Positions 10,960 to 23,000 of a DNA stretch of 63,839 nucleotides are shown piece after piece. The notes beneath the pieces were generated by a model. The model saw nothing but the letters and a program-made list of their open reading frames with translations. It was not told where the DNA came from and made no database searches. Origin of the DNA: Dicyema japonicum (lineage: Eukaryota; Animalia; Dicyemida); assembly GCA_011109175.1 (NCBI GenBank), contig RDEW01000087.1, positions 62,162 through 126,000 of the forward strand, written 5' to 3'. A program made the position numbers and the translations under genes. Each line of letters begins with the position of its first letter. Positions within the stretch are counted from its first letter, which is position 1.

Positions 10960-12270
10960 TGTCCTCCTATACGACTATTCTACTCACGTGTATGTAATAT
11001 GTATTACGCGACCAATTACTCATCATGATATTTTCTCCATATCCCAACCCTCTAATTTATTTAGTCTATCAAGCAACAACTGGCTATTTGTCCTTTTTCT
11101 TCTCTCACAATTAGGAAGAGCCTTAAATCATTATTCAGCACAGCACTGACGTCGCTCTCTCCAGGAGACTCTCTGTTTTCAGTATTCAAAATTTCTCTTT
11201 ATTCTCTCAACCCTGAGATTATCCAAAGAGCCGTGATCTATTTCTTCGGAATCACTTTGTTTAGTTTTTGTCAGTTAACAGTGGTCTTTGTAATTAATTT
11301 AATTAATATAAGAAATTTTTATTTTTTGAATGGTTTAAATCTAATAATTTAAAAAAAACCAACACGCTATAATAATTTTTTTGTTAGTAAGAAGTTTGTT
11401 TTTTTGACGTTCGAGAGAAAGAAAGAAATTATTTTCTTGATGATGGTGTATATCTGACATTAAGAAGACATCGAATTTTACAAGTATGGAATTTTTGGAC
11501 GGATAATGAAGTTAAAAAAAGAAAGGTTTAATAAATTTAAGGCTGTGATTCAATCTTGCGGAGGAAGGATGTTAAGAAAGGTTGTGGAAAAATGATTTAA
11601 CAGTTTTCAAAGTTGTAGACAGGGTTGTCAGAAAAAAATGCCCTGGCACAATTATAAAAACTCGTAGAGATGCTCTGAATGAGCGCATGGATATATCTAT
11701 TATGTAGCAAGCCAAAGCTATTACCGAGCCACAGACGTTACCGTTGACAGCTGTCATCTACTGTTATTTTAATCAAAATTTATTCAATACTATAATTGTT
11801 TCTATTTTTATAAATTATTATATTCCGATACAAAGATTAATTCTACGATAATATTAATAATTATTATTAAATTATTTTATCAAAAATTTACTCAAATTTT
11901 AGTCTGGCTGACTATTAATTGAATATAAAATAATAATCCACGCTAAAAAATTTCGTTACATTGACCTGATGCCTATTACAAAGACTTTGTCCTCCTATAC
12001 GACTATTCTACTCACGTGCATGTAATATGTATTACGCGACCAATTACTCATCATGATATTTTCTCCATATCCCAACCCTCTAATCTATTTAGTCTATCAT
12101 GCAACAACTGGATATTTGTCCCTTTTCTTCTCCCTCAATTAGGAAGAGCCTTAAATCCATTATTCAGCACAGCACTGACGTCCCTTTCTCCAGGAGACTC
12201 TCTGCTACCAGTATTCAAAATTTCTCTTCATTCTCTCAACCCTGAAACCATCCAAAGAGCGTTCTCTCTC
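10960..12270. repeat. Dispersed pair of about 290-bp repeats (10960-11250 and 11987-12270)
   Basis: tttgtcctcctatacgactattctactcacgtg...ccaaagagc occurs twice with scattered substitutions; origin unassigned. Confidence 0.85.
11400..11710 (+). pseudogene. Possible BRCT-domain (MDC1/PAXIP1-like C-terminal) remnant
   Basis: With two frameshifts: FDVREKERNY...RRHRILQVWNFW...KFKAVIQSCGGRML, resembling the tandem-BRCT D.E.EKNF..RAR..LL.G+.+Y...+I..CGG..L pattern. Confidence 0.35.
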
Positions 12271-12344
12271 ATATATGTCTTGAGAGGGTTTGGAATGAGA
12301 AGACGTAAATTTATAGATACATGTGTTTAGCTGTACAAATAAGG

Positions 12345-12913
12345 CGGAGAAAGCATTCGTCTGTAAAGACGTATCGGGGACGGAATATCTGTGCTAGTTG
12401 ATGTCTTCTGAATTGAGGATGATTTCTTTCAAAGCGAAAATACCTTCGATTGGAAGGAGTTACTCATCATTCCCTGCTATGACGCTAGTTTTGTTAAAGG
12501 ACTCAATTCAACCTTGGTCGTTTTTCCAAATTAGTCATTTAAGCTTTTATGTTTTTTTATATTTCAAAATTGTGAAAGATTTTGTACTACATTGCTCGGT
12601 GTATTACATATTACTGTATAAAGTAATCNCGGAGAAAGCATTCGTCTGTAAAGACGTATCGGGGACGGAATATCTGTGCTAGTTGATGTCTTCTGAATTG
12701 AGGATGATTTCTTTCGAAGCGAAAATACCTTCGATTGGAAGGAGTTACTCATCATTCCCTGCTATGACGCTAGTTTTGTTAAAGGACTCAATTCAACCTT
12801 GGTCGTTTTTCCAAATTAGTCATTTAAGCTTTTATGTTTTTTTATATTTCAAAATTGTGAAAGATTTTGTACTACATTGCTCGGTGTATTACATATTACT
12901 GTATAAAGTAATC
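12345..12913. repeat. About 284-bp tandem duplicate joined by a single N (12629); probable scaffolding overlap
   Basis: Two near-identical copies flank the N and differ at about 2 positions. Confidence 0.9.
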
Positions 12914-12924
12914 ACTTATTCTTA

Positions 12925-13050
12925 TTATTATTTATTAACCCCGGATTCACCGAGAAAGAAGTTAAATTAACCAACTAATTAAGTGCATCCAGTTTCCACT
13001 TCTACAGGAACAGAGTCCATCCTGAATCAGCATAAAGGGTAAGACGTCCA
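12925..13050 (-). mobile_element. Isolated LINE/SINE 3' tail
   Basis: Homologous to the tail at 23005-23060 (..cacttaattag...ggggttaataaataata). Confidence 0.55.
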
Positions 13051-13299
13051 TTACATGCAGTTGTGGAAACCCCTCAAGTGGAGTGGGGAAAAGCCAGTGA
13101 TCCTTTTTCATGCCGGCCTGGCACTAGGCGTCACCTAGATAGGTGGATCACATGACGCCACTCTGATAGGAAGAGAGAGGAGGAACAGACAGCAAGCAGA
13201 AAAGTTAAACCAATTAAAAACGCAGCAACACATGGCGCCACGCGGCAAATCAATAAAGTAACTTCTAATAGAGTATGTCCACCACTATTGGAGGGATGA

Positions 13300-15800
13300 T
13301 CCTAGATTGGAGTTTGACTTTGCCTCCTATCACTTTCGTTGCTTGTGTGGTCATTCTAGAATTTATATGTATTGGAGTCTATTGAATACACTTACTTTTG
13401 TCCAACACCCCCAAATATGTACGAGTGGATCAGTTCTGCCTACTCTGGCGAAATTCTCCCTAAGTTAATCTACCTTGATGGGGTTTGTGAGAACACCAAA
13501 CTGGCAGTGCAAGTATGTGTGGAATATGATGAAACAGCTTGTCTCGGTTATAGCTGATAGGAGATTCTCTTCAGAGATGCACCTTCAAGTAAAATCTGTG
13601 TTTGGAAACCGCCTTCGATTTTGTTAGTTGAATTTGGTTAGCATAGCTGTGGAAGCTACAATGAAGAAGAAGGAAGATAAGGAACTCAATTTAATGGAGA
13701 GGGTAGTAGTGGCCATGCATAAACTGAGCATACAAAATTAAACAAAAAGATATAACTTCTGTTGACACTGAGACTCTTCCTCAATGTGTTTATATTCCCT
13801 GTCTTTATGCCATCAATGTGTTTATATTCGCTGTTTTCATGCCATTCTGTTGTTACTCACATAATCAAAAACTTATCTCCTGTCTTCTGATTACCAAATG
13901 TCATTGTTTCTATTATTTTATTATATACGTTCAAAAAAGCAAGTGACAAAAGTGAAGACCTTAGTCCGCCATTTCCATCTGACATCCGAATAATCGATTT
14001 GGCACAAATGTTGAGTAGCAATGACCAGGTTATTATGCTATCAATAGAACACAACGATGACTTGATGTAGATTATCTTTTCATTTAAGCAACTACGAGTC
14101 ATTAGAGGAGGATTTGGGGGAGATGTTAATTCGAATGTACGCAATTCTGTGACAAGGTTGAATTCATTTTAGAGCAATAATGAATTATCGGGACAGTCAA
14201 TTTTACCTGAGGATTTCAAAGAATTCAAAGTCTCGTCTTAATACTACTTTAAATTGATTTCGTACCACAGACTCGAAACAGGGAACGTTATTTCACTTTA
14301 GGGCAATAATGAATTATCGGGACAGTCAATTTTACCTGAGGATTTCAAAGAATTCAAAGTCTCGTCTTAATACTACTTTAAATTGATTTCGTACCACAGA
14401 CTCGAAACAGGGAACGTTATACCTGAATATTCAAGAATGTTGTTTGGATAAGTACTGAATGGACATTTCATGACATTACATCGAGATTATGGCATAACTA
14501 CCTTAGATTGTTAGTCATATATGTTACGCAGGGTAATACTCGATGTACTATGGCTGTGTTGCTTGGAATGTTTGCGAATAGGTTAATTGTCGATTATTTG
14601 TAGGTTTGGAACTGGTGATATGGCTGTACTTCCTTGTTGAATGTGCATAGTACAGCACTTTTTAGTGGGAGTAGTACGATTGAGTTTCCACTCACATTTC
14701 AATCAGCAGCATTTCTTAGCATTGTAATGTACACTTTAGAGCGTGTAATGCTTTCCTAGTACAGCACTCTTTAGTGGGAGTAGTACGATTGAGTTTCCAC
14801 TCACATTTCAATCAGCAGCATTTCTTAGCATTGTAATGTACACTTTAGAGCGTGTAATGCTTTCCTTTTGAATTCTCTACTTAATGGGATTGGTTATAAT
14901 GGGGGTTATTTTAGCTGTGTTTTCTTCCCCCCCATAAAATACTGTGGCTTTGGAGGCATACTCACTTTGCTGGACTCTCATTTGGAATGATCTCTATGAG
15001 AGTTGTTATTTATCTGATGAATATAGAAAGAGGATGACTGCAGTGATGAGGTTGCTTAAATAACCCAGATTTTGTTGTATTTGATGGAGGGTAGCAGAAA
15101 GTCCCGTATAGTTTGACTGATTTTGACAATTAGTACTCTCTGTGTGGAAGTGTTCAGAACAAACCCAGTCATATTCTCAGAGTTATTATTGTACTCATTT
15201 TAGGACGGTCGGAGAATAAACAGTGATGTCTCCTCATTTGCAGCAACAGTGGCCCTGGGACTTTTATATTTCAATACTTCTAATAGGTCTGGTTTTCTTT
15301 ACTACAGATTCATTATTGAGAGTCTTTCCTTACCGAATGGAATTTTGGGCTAGTCTGCTAATAAACCTGGGGATTCTCACTCTTAGAGTATTATTTTGGT
15401 TTACCAAGTCTATCCCTCTGTTTGGTTGACTGGGAACGATTGGACTGCACAGGGGACTGTTTGTTGTCCACTTTACCTTTATATGTAATTCATGAGGTAA
15501 TGCCTAATGTTTACTGGATGCCATAGAACACTTGATAGTATGCGTTTGGATAATTGGGAGTTGAGGTTGTTGAGTGGTTATATGACAGGGAGTGTTTTAT
15601 GGCTCATTTGGGGGATGGGCATTAGCAGTGGGCTTTAAACTGGTTAGCAGTAATGACCGTGATGCTATGGAATTTATTGTTTGCAGTTAACTCAGTTTAG
15701 TTGGGCTTTTTCTACAATTTTTTGGAATACAGTGAATCCCCCATCCAAGAGAATACATTTTGTGTCTCATTATGTCTGCTTCATTGGTAGATTTGATTAT
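13300..15800 (-). mobile_element. Very old degenerate LINE (APE-RT type), with two tandem duplications (periods about 128 and 108 nt)
   Basis: Only faint RT/post-RT motif traces; duplicates at 14174/14302 and 14649/14757 are directly visible. Confidence 0.3.
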
Positions 15801-16090
15801 TATATTTTAGATTATGTGTGAGAGTGGTTGTGTGACAGGCCTTGCAACTTCTCGTTATCTGAGAAGCAGGTTTGTGAGTGATGATAAGTACAAATATGTC
15901 AACTATGGTTCACATATGTCTGTGGCAAAGTACAATGATCTCCTCTTCTTGCGAATTCCCTGTAAAAGGACAGTAATTGTCGTATGTGATAGCGTCCGGG
16001 CTGTTGATACTGTCCGGGTTGATAAGACAAATTTATCACATGAAAACATTAACAACCACTAAGTTTTGTCTCAAGAGAAACAAAATAGAC

Positions 16091-16600
16091 AAAAAACAAA
16101 AAATTTTATTTTGAGTCAATAAAGCGATTAAGCAAGAAAAGGGTCGAAAATAGAAGAGGTCGAAGGATCGGTCTCTTGTTCACTCAAAAAACAAAAAATT
16201 TTATTTTGAGTCAATAAAGCGATTAAACATAAAGGGTCGAAAATAGAAGAGGACGAAGGATCGGTCCCTTGTTCATTCAAAAAACAAAAAAATTTATTTT
16301 GAGTCAATAAAGCGATTAAACAAAAAAGGGTCGAAAATAGAAGAGGTCGAAGGATCGGTCCCTTGTTCATTCAAAAAACAAAAAAATTTATTTTGAGTCA
16401 ATAAAGCGATTAAACTGGAAAGGGTCGAAAATAGAAGAGGTCGAAGGATCGGTCCCTTGTTCATTCAAAAAACAAAAAATTTTATTTTGAGTCAATAAAG
16501 CGATTAAACACAAAAGGGTCAAAAATAGAAGAGGTCGAAGGATCGGTCCCTTGTTCACTCAAAAAACAAAAAAATTTATTTTGAGTAAATAAAGCGATTA
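16091..16600. repeat. Tandem array of about 5.4 x 92-95-bp units next to the left TIR
   Basis: Unit aaaaaacaaaaaattttattttgagtcaataaagcgatta...gaaggatcggtcccttgttcattc. Confidence 0.95.
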
Positions 16601-16698
16601 GCGTGAAAATGGTTATTTGAGTGTTATATAATATTTTTTTTAATATTTTTAATTTCTTTTAAAAAATTTAAAATTTCACGCTTCATTTTAATTTTGTT

Positions 16699-17997
16699 AT
16701 GCTTTCTACATTCAGCATTAATACACCTGATGAATTAAAGAAAATTATGAATTATCTCGAATATAAACTGTATCCTGATGGATTTAATGAAAATCAAAAG
16801 CGGACATTACGCAAAAGATGTTAGAATTTAAAACTGTTAAATGGAGAATTATTTGTGGATTTAATGGAAATCTTCGTACTGTTATATGTTCATTTCAAGA
16901 AGCAAGAATTAATTTAATGTTTCGCTAAGGAACATTCTATTTGACATCCTGGTGTTTCCAAGATGTGCAAATTAATTTGCGAAAAGTACATTGGCATCAA
17001 TCAAAAAATTATTCGCCATTTTGTATCTACTTGTGATTCCTGTAACCATTTCAACAGTCTAAAGACTTGTGAAGATATTCAAATGATTACTGTTTCACAT
17101 AAATTCGAAAGATTTATGGCTGATTGTATAGATCTTCGTAGATATTCTTCTTATAATAAAGAATATAAATGGATTCTTAATATAATTGACTGTTACTCAA
17201 AATTCGCTTGGTCATTTTCTTTAATTAGTAAAACATCTCAAAATATTAAAAATTCTTTTGAAGACATGTTTTTATCAGTTGGGCCACCTGAAACATTGCA
17301 CACGGACAATGGAAAAAAGTTTTGTAACTCTGAAGTTTCAGCATTATTATGTGATTGGGGGATAACGGCGATTCATGGTAGACCAATACATCCTCAATCA
17401 CAAGGGCAGGTGGAACGCTATAATAAAACGCTAAAACGTTGGTTAGCGAAAACTCTATTTCAATCTGAATCTAATAATTGGATTGACATATTGAAAACTA
17501 CTGTTTATAAATATAACATTTCTATTCATCGTGCTACTGGAAAGTCACCTTTCAAGTTAGCTTTATGAATTTTATTTTTAGACTATTATTTGGTACTTCG
17601 GGATTCAATATTGTTTTTGGGTCTGATAATAAAGTGATCGAATTACCAGCCCAAAGAACTGAACATTTTTCAGATGATGAAATTCAAGAAAATTGTTCTC
17701 TTTCTGAAATCCAATTACATCACCAAACATCAGAACATTTTGAAAATTATAAAAGAAAAGTAAAAGAAAACGCAAATTAAAATTTTCAAACAAATCATGT
17801 CAAAATAGGCGATACTGTTTTCATTAAATCAGATTTAGATAACAACCAGAAAACAAAAAAAACATGCCTTGGACAGTTTTTTTGAAAGGGAACATTATGT
17901 TGTTATAGAGGAACTATTACATTTTGTTATCGTTAAGGGAGTTTCCACAGATGAAACAAAAAAAGTTTCAAAATCAAGAATTAAAAAAATTAAGTAG
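16699..17997 (+). pseudogene. Stand-alone DDE integrase (HHCC, D-D35-E, C-terminal SH3-like), disrupted
   Basis: EHSI*HPG..CDSC; MADCID; HTDNG; QSQGQVER with 35 residues between D and E; WID.L..TVYKYN..IHRATGKSPF; KIGDTVFIK. Frameshifts before 16963 and near 17565. Confidence 0.9.
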
Positions 17998-18099
17998 TCT
18001 TTAAATACAGTTTATTTGTATGATAGTAAAAAAGTTTTTGATTTTTTAATATCGTTTTTATATTAAAAGTTGTTAAATTTTTGTTATGATCATTCAATA

Positions 18100-18310
18100 A
18101 CGGTTCCATTTCGGGTCCATATAAAGGTTCCATTGATTCTGTTAGAGCCATTCTTATTCGTTAGCATACGTTCTTTCACTCATATTCAAAGATCTGGCAA
18201 ACTTCACGAATGTGTAGTCACTCGGCCATCCCAAGTGAGTACAATCAAGACAATCTTGAACTCTGCGTGGTGTATCAAACTCCAACTCTTTGGAAAGAAA
18301 CTTTTAGTTA
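18100..18310 (-). mobile_element. RLE-type (R4/NeSL-like) LINE 3' fragment nested in the Ginger-like element
   Basis: KIVLIVLTWDGRVTT...ERTYA, same family as 37500-38330. Confidence 0.55.
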
Positions 18311-20592
18311 GCAAAAGAAATGATTTCTACTTTTCATTTTTTTATTTATATTTTATTTCAATTTTATGGCTCATTAGTTTCAGTGAAAAAAAATGAGAAA
18401 AATAATGGTCCAGAGCAAGTGAATAGAATATAGAAACAGATACACCATTTTCAACAGGGTCCTGGGCCAATTGCTCATTGGGTACTTGTCGACGTCTTTG
18501 AATGTATAAGAGCTTCCTAACTCAGACTCTGTTATATCTTCATCGAATCATCGATATTTGATTTATTTGTAATTTTTATCACATATTTTAATCTTTTCTT
18601 TTTATATTTTAAATTTTATTCTAATTTGAATTACTTAATTCAACCTTATCAGTTTAATGTTATAAGATATAAATATCTCAATAATATGGCATTACCTAAA
18701 TATTTTCGGATTTGCTACAAAGTAACCTTATATCTCGGTACTTTTCCTTTGGATTTAACATCTCTACTTTACTCCGGGATTTTACTTTTCTATTTTCCTT
18801 GGGGATTTAACCTATCTCTATTTTGTTTCTCTTGAGACAAAACTTATGGTTGTTAATGTTTTCAAGTGATAAATTTGTCTCTTCAACCCGGACAGTATCA
18901 ACGCCCCGGGTTCTTATGAAATACGACAGTAATTATATAAGACATCGGCTGACATGTACTCCACGTGGTATTGTGGGTATGTTATGTGCTTTTACTATTA
19001 TTTTCCCTCAAGTGTCATTGGTAGTAGATACCATCACCAACCTATCAGGAATCTCTACACTGGCGTGTGATTGTAGTTCTCTATTGAGTGTTGTTATTGT
19101 TTGTTTTATTTTCAGCACTGCCGAGAACACATAAAAAAGCAAAAGTCAATTGTTGATAATGTAATTCTTATATATTAATTGCAGTCATCTATTAAGGATT
19201 TGTTTTGGCGGGAAATTAAATTTATTTGTTGTGGTGTTATTTTAGTATTGTTCTGTGTTGTCTCAGAGACAATTCACACCTAATTATCGTTTGCATCTAA
19301 ACAACTTTCGGTTGATCAAAGAGTTCTTTTTTTCATTCTCTTTGAATCCTCGTTTATTATCGACCAAATTTTACATAGACCACGTGTACAATGAGTTGAT
19401 GAAAAATATTGATATGATAATTAATAAGCTGTATAAGTTCAATGGTGATTATGTATGTAAATGTTAGATGTACAAACTCACAAATTGATGTGTTATTTGT
19501 TGGGACCCCGACTTGATGATTATGAAGTGATTAATATGGTTTGGAGTTGATTTAGATATGAAAAGACAGTGTGAACATCAAAAATTATTTCATTTAATAT
19601 AAATGTCCTCTAAATTTCCACTAATATCTGATGTAATGAAGACTATTCCCCAGACATCACTTGACTTTGCACGTTTTATATATTTAAGGTTCACTACTCA
19701 TTAATTTTAATAAATACTGGTTATTTGTAAGGAATTTGTAAGAATACCTTCATAGTCCTCTAAATTTGTGACTATGATCATGATAGTGACAAATAATTAA
19801 ATAATCCGTTATATTAAGTAGTAACAATATGGATTATAACAATAAACGTCAATCATCAATAATCATTTTATAACTTAATATAAGGACTTGTCTTTCTTAA
19901 AAATAGTTAGTGAATAAAAAATTAAAAACCCACGATGATATTAGTTAACTGTTAATTAAAGCTTTACACAAATTATAATGCTATCTTATTTTTGTATGTC
20001 TGTTCGATGCTATAATCGTTCATGTTTTGAAGGAAAATGTTCAATCTCAGAGACAGATTAATATAAATTATTGCAAAATGAATAATTGTTTAGGTACAAT
20101 TTTTCGATTAAAAACAATATTACTTATTTTTGTGACAGGGAGACAAAGAATCAATTTAGGATCTATAATTCATCCTTAGCTTATTTCCACCCATTTAAAA
20201 ATGATTCAAATTGTCTTAGGACTTTGTTATATAAGACTTCTCAAATTGCGAGTAATTTGTTCCTTTAATGCGCAATCGTTATTCGAGAACAACAGGCTCA
20301 GGATCAATGTAGACTTCCATGGATACCTAGACTTCAGTGTTTTAAAAGAACCCTAGAGAGTCTTACATTGAAGTATGAGAGAAATAGCCCGTAGATGGAA
20401 AAAAGGGTCAATTAGAAAATGGGCGGGGAAAGTTTTTAAATGTCAAATAGTAACTTTTTTGGTTGGTTTAATAGTGTCTCTAAATTCAGACATATTAATC
20501 CATCATTTGAGATTTTTTTAAGAAATTTTTATTAAATTAATAATAATTTAATAATTATAAAATAACCTAAATAAATAAATAATAACCTATAA

Positions 20593-21170
20593 ATGACCCT
20601 ATCTCTATGTGGATGTGAATTATTAATTATTTTAATAAGTCATGTAATTCTATATCAATTGGTTTATACTAATTTCGACAATGATCATTCAAACTATGTT
20701 GAAGATGTATGTCCTCATTCATATTCAAAAAAATTAAATCCGATTACTTGGAGAGTACAAAACAAAACATAGTATTTTTTTGTTTAAAAACCAAATTAAC
20801 CAATAGTGAAGGATATTTTGCATATTCCCAAGCAGTTTTTTATTTATATATTTTAGTAACAAGTTGCAGGAATAACACTATTGAAACAACAGTCTCTCCA
20901 CATATTACTAGAACTGAAATTAAAAATGAGTCAACTCAAATGATAACTACAAATATTACTACAACTGAAATTAATTCCAAGTCAATTCCAAAAATGATAA
21001 TTCTAAATAATAATACTCCAATTAAAAGTAAGTCACCTAATCGAACAGTGATAATCGTCAGTATTATTATAATATTTATTATTATCATTGCTATTGCCAT
21101 TGCTTATTACTACAAGAGGTTTAGGAACAGACCTGTCGAAATTAGTAGATCAATATTACTTAAATTTTAA
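20593..21170 (+). pseudogene. Surface-protein family copy 3, internal deletion of most of exon 2; three stalk units, TM and tail
   Basis: MTLSLCGCELLIILISHVILYQLVYTNFD..CPH..PITW..* then TTVSPHITRTEIKNESTQMITTNITTTEIN...TVIIVSIIIIFIIIIAIAIAYYYKRFRNRPVEISRSILLKF*. Confidence 0.8.
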
Positions 21171-21405
21171 TTTTAAAACTTTTCACGGACTCTATTTTGT
21201 TTTTCTCTTTGTTGGTTAGCTTATAACAATTATATTCACTATTAAACCAGTGATTTGAGGCAATAAAAACAATAAGTAAAGGTCGACAAAACCAGTCACT
21301 CAATTATGTAAGAAAAGCAGGCGCTAAATTAATTATTCACATGCAAATCACAATGACACGATGATAGATAGTACCTAAAACTTCGATAAATGGTCATGTA
21401 TAAAG

Positions 21406-21657
21406 TTAACATTCTGTCACATTGGAAATTTTTGATTTTAAGAACGAGACCGTCTTGGGCCCTAAGACTTTTGTTGTCTTGAAACCACCGAACTCCACGA
21501 GGAATGTCTTCATCACGTTGGGGAATTTGCTATCGTTCCATATGAGACCAGTCCAAAATGCAGTGGTGGCAAACGAAAGTGCATTTATAAACCTCAATTT
21601 GAGAGAGGAATGTCTTGGAAACCCGCACTCATCTACTCGACAGTAAATGATAGCCAT
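21406..21657 (-). other. Module A ORF (83 aa), weak C-type-lectin-like motif; paralogs at 36902-37135 and about 50880-51010
   Basis: AIIYC...FINALSFATTAFWTGLIWND. The frame is kept in the 36.9-kb copy through a 6-nt deletion and several synonymous changes. Confidence 0.35.
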
Positions 21658-22189
21658 ATAAATTGATCAAATGTCCAAAACATAATTATGGCTCATTACT
21701 TAATATAAGAGCAAGAAAGAGCTATAAGACTAACCACACTACCTCATCATCAGCAGGTTGCTAATTTCATTTATTTTAAATACAATTTTTTTGGCTGTTC
21801 GTCGTTACCTCAAAGGAGGATAGAATATGAACAGTCAAATATAATATATTCAAAAGGAGTATTGAGAATATAATTAATCCAAGTTTTACTTTATGGAATA
21901 TGTTTAATTATTATGGTTTATATTCGACTAAATGCTTATTATTATTAAGCACTTTCACATTGTAATGACAAAACATGTGCATATTGAAAAACTAGTTATC
22001 TTATTCCACGTTCATCTGTCATAAGCAATCTCTCATAGTCTATCACATCCTCTCATTATATCCGGCTTTTTCCGATCTTTTGAAGGTACCGTCAAGGCTA
22101 TCTGGAGGGTGATGCTCGGTCGTTCAATGAATCGGGGTGCGTCAGGCGAACTTTTCCATGGTTGTCTGCATGTTATTCAACATATTTAA

Positions 22190-22335
22190 AATTTATAAAA
22201 CCAATTATTTTAAGTGTACATAACAAAGCACTTTTAACTGCCAATATAACAGTATCATTTATGAAGGATTATAAAGTTTGTAATTTTCTATTAACATTAG
22301 AATATGAAGTTTATGTTTAATAAGGAAAATTACAA
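22190..22335 (+). pseudogene. Surface-protein family fragment (exon 1/intron 1/exon 2 junction; a shorter trace at about 6240-6295)
   Basis: LLTANITVSFMKDYK|gtttgtaattttctattaacattag (25 nt)|NMKFMFNKEN. Confidence 0.7.
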
Positions 22336-22399
22336 TCACAGTCATTGTGTTATGTCACAGAAGAGGCAAATATAGGTTATTCACTAACACTAATTAATT

Positions 22400-23000
22400 G
22401 TATTAATATGGGGGTTTGGTTTATTTGATATTAATGATAATAAGTCTATTAAATAATGTGATTAACCATTATTGATTAAAAAAAGTTCAATAATTTCATT
22501 TTTGAGTTAACACGTTAAATAAATTATTCTACTGGATGCAAGTTTTAGAGAATTTTTATTTTGGTTAAGCAGATTTAATAAGAATTGACTTGGCATTGAT
22601 TGCATGATTGCTAATTCGAGTTTTTTGTGTTTTAATGACATATATAGTTGACCTATTATAAATATGTGATTTTGATCAGTAAAATTCTACCAACTACTAA
22701 CTGTTTAGAACACGTGGAATTATAATCTACAAATCACCTTATAGGAGATTTTTTGGCGAAAAGCGATAGCCCGACCATAGCTTATTAACTGTACATTGTA
22801 TACTATTGAATTTGCACTTAACAAAGATTGTGTCCATCTTCGAAGAAGACAATGTCAATTTCTTATTATGTTAGAGAATTGTTTGGTTCATCAATTCTAC
22901 AAGCAAAAACTAACGAGAAATCATATTTTGTTAAAATTAAATAATTTAAAAGACATGATTTATCTTAATGGATACTCCATGTAGGATTTTTATTTTATTA
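22400..23000. repeat. Dispersed AT-rich module C (also 51013-51620 and, partially, 49620-49960)
   Basis: Near-identical blocks, including the ORF MYTIEFALNKDCVHLRRR at 22796 and 51422. Confidence 0.9.

Larger units (their letters stand above)
15978..18928 (+). mobile_element. Ginger-like integrase-encoding DNA transposon with about 112-bp TIRs and 5-bp TSD
   Basis: Begins TGTCGTAT and ends ATACGACA; TIRs 15978-16089 and 18817-18928; GTAAT directly flanks both sides (15973-15977, 18929-18933); encodes a Gypsy-type integrase, no RT or LTRs. Confidence 0.85.

Noticed and set aside
12398-12970. Tandem pair of 94/95-aa genes
   Set aside because: Duplicate flanks a single N; likely overlap artefact with no recognisable protein.
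16128-16370. 80-aa repetitive ORF
   Set aside because: Antisense translation of the 93-bp array.
16091-16600. CRISPR-like regular repeats
   Set aside because: Units are contiguous with no unique spacers; eukaryotic context and no cas genes.
16963-17568. Integrase as part of an LTR retrotransposon or a domesticated KRBA2/GIN1 gene
   Set aside because: No gag, RT or LTR nearby; it is bounded by TIRs and a TSD and is disrupted.
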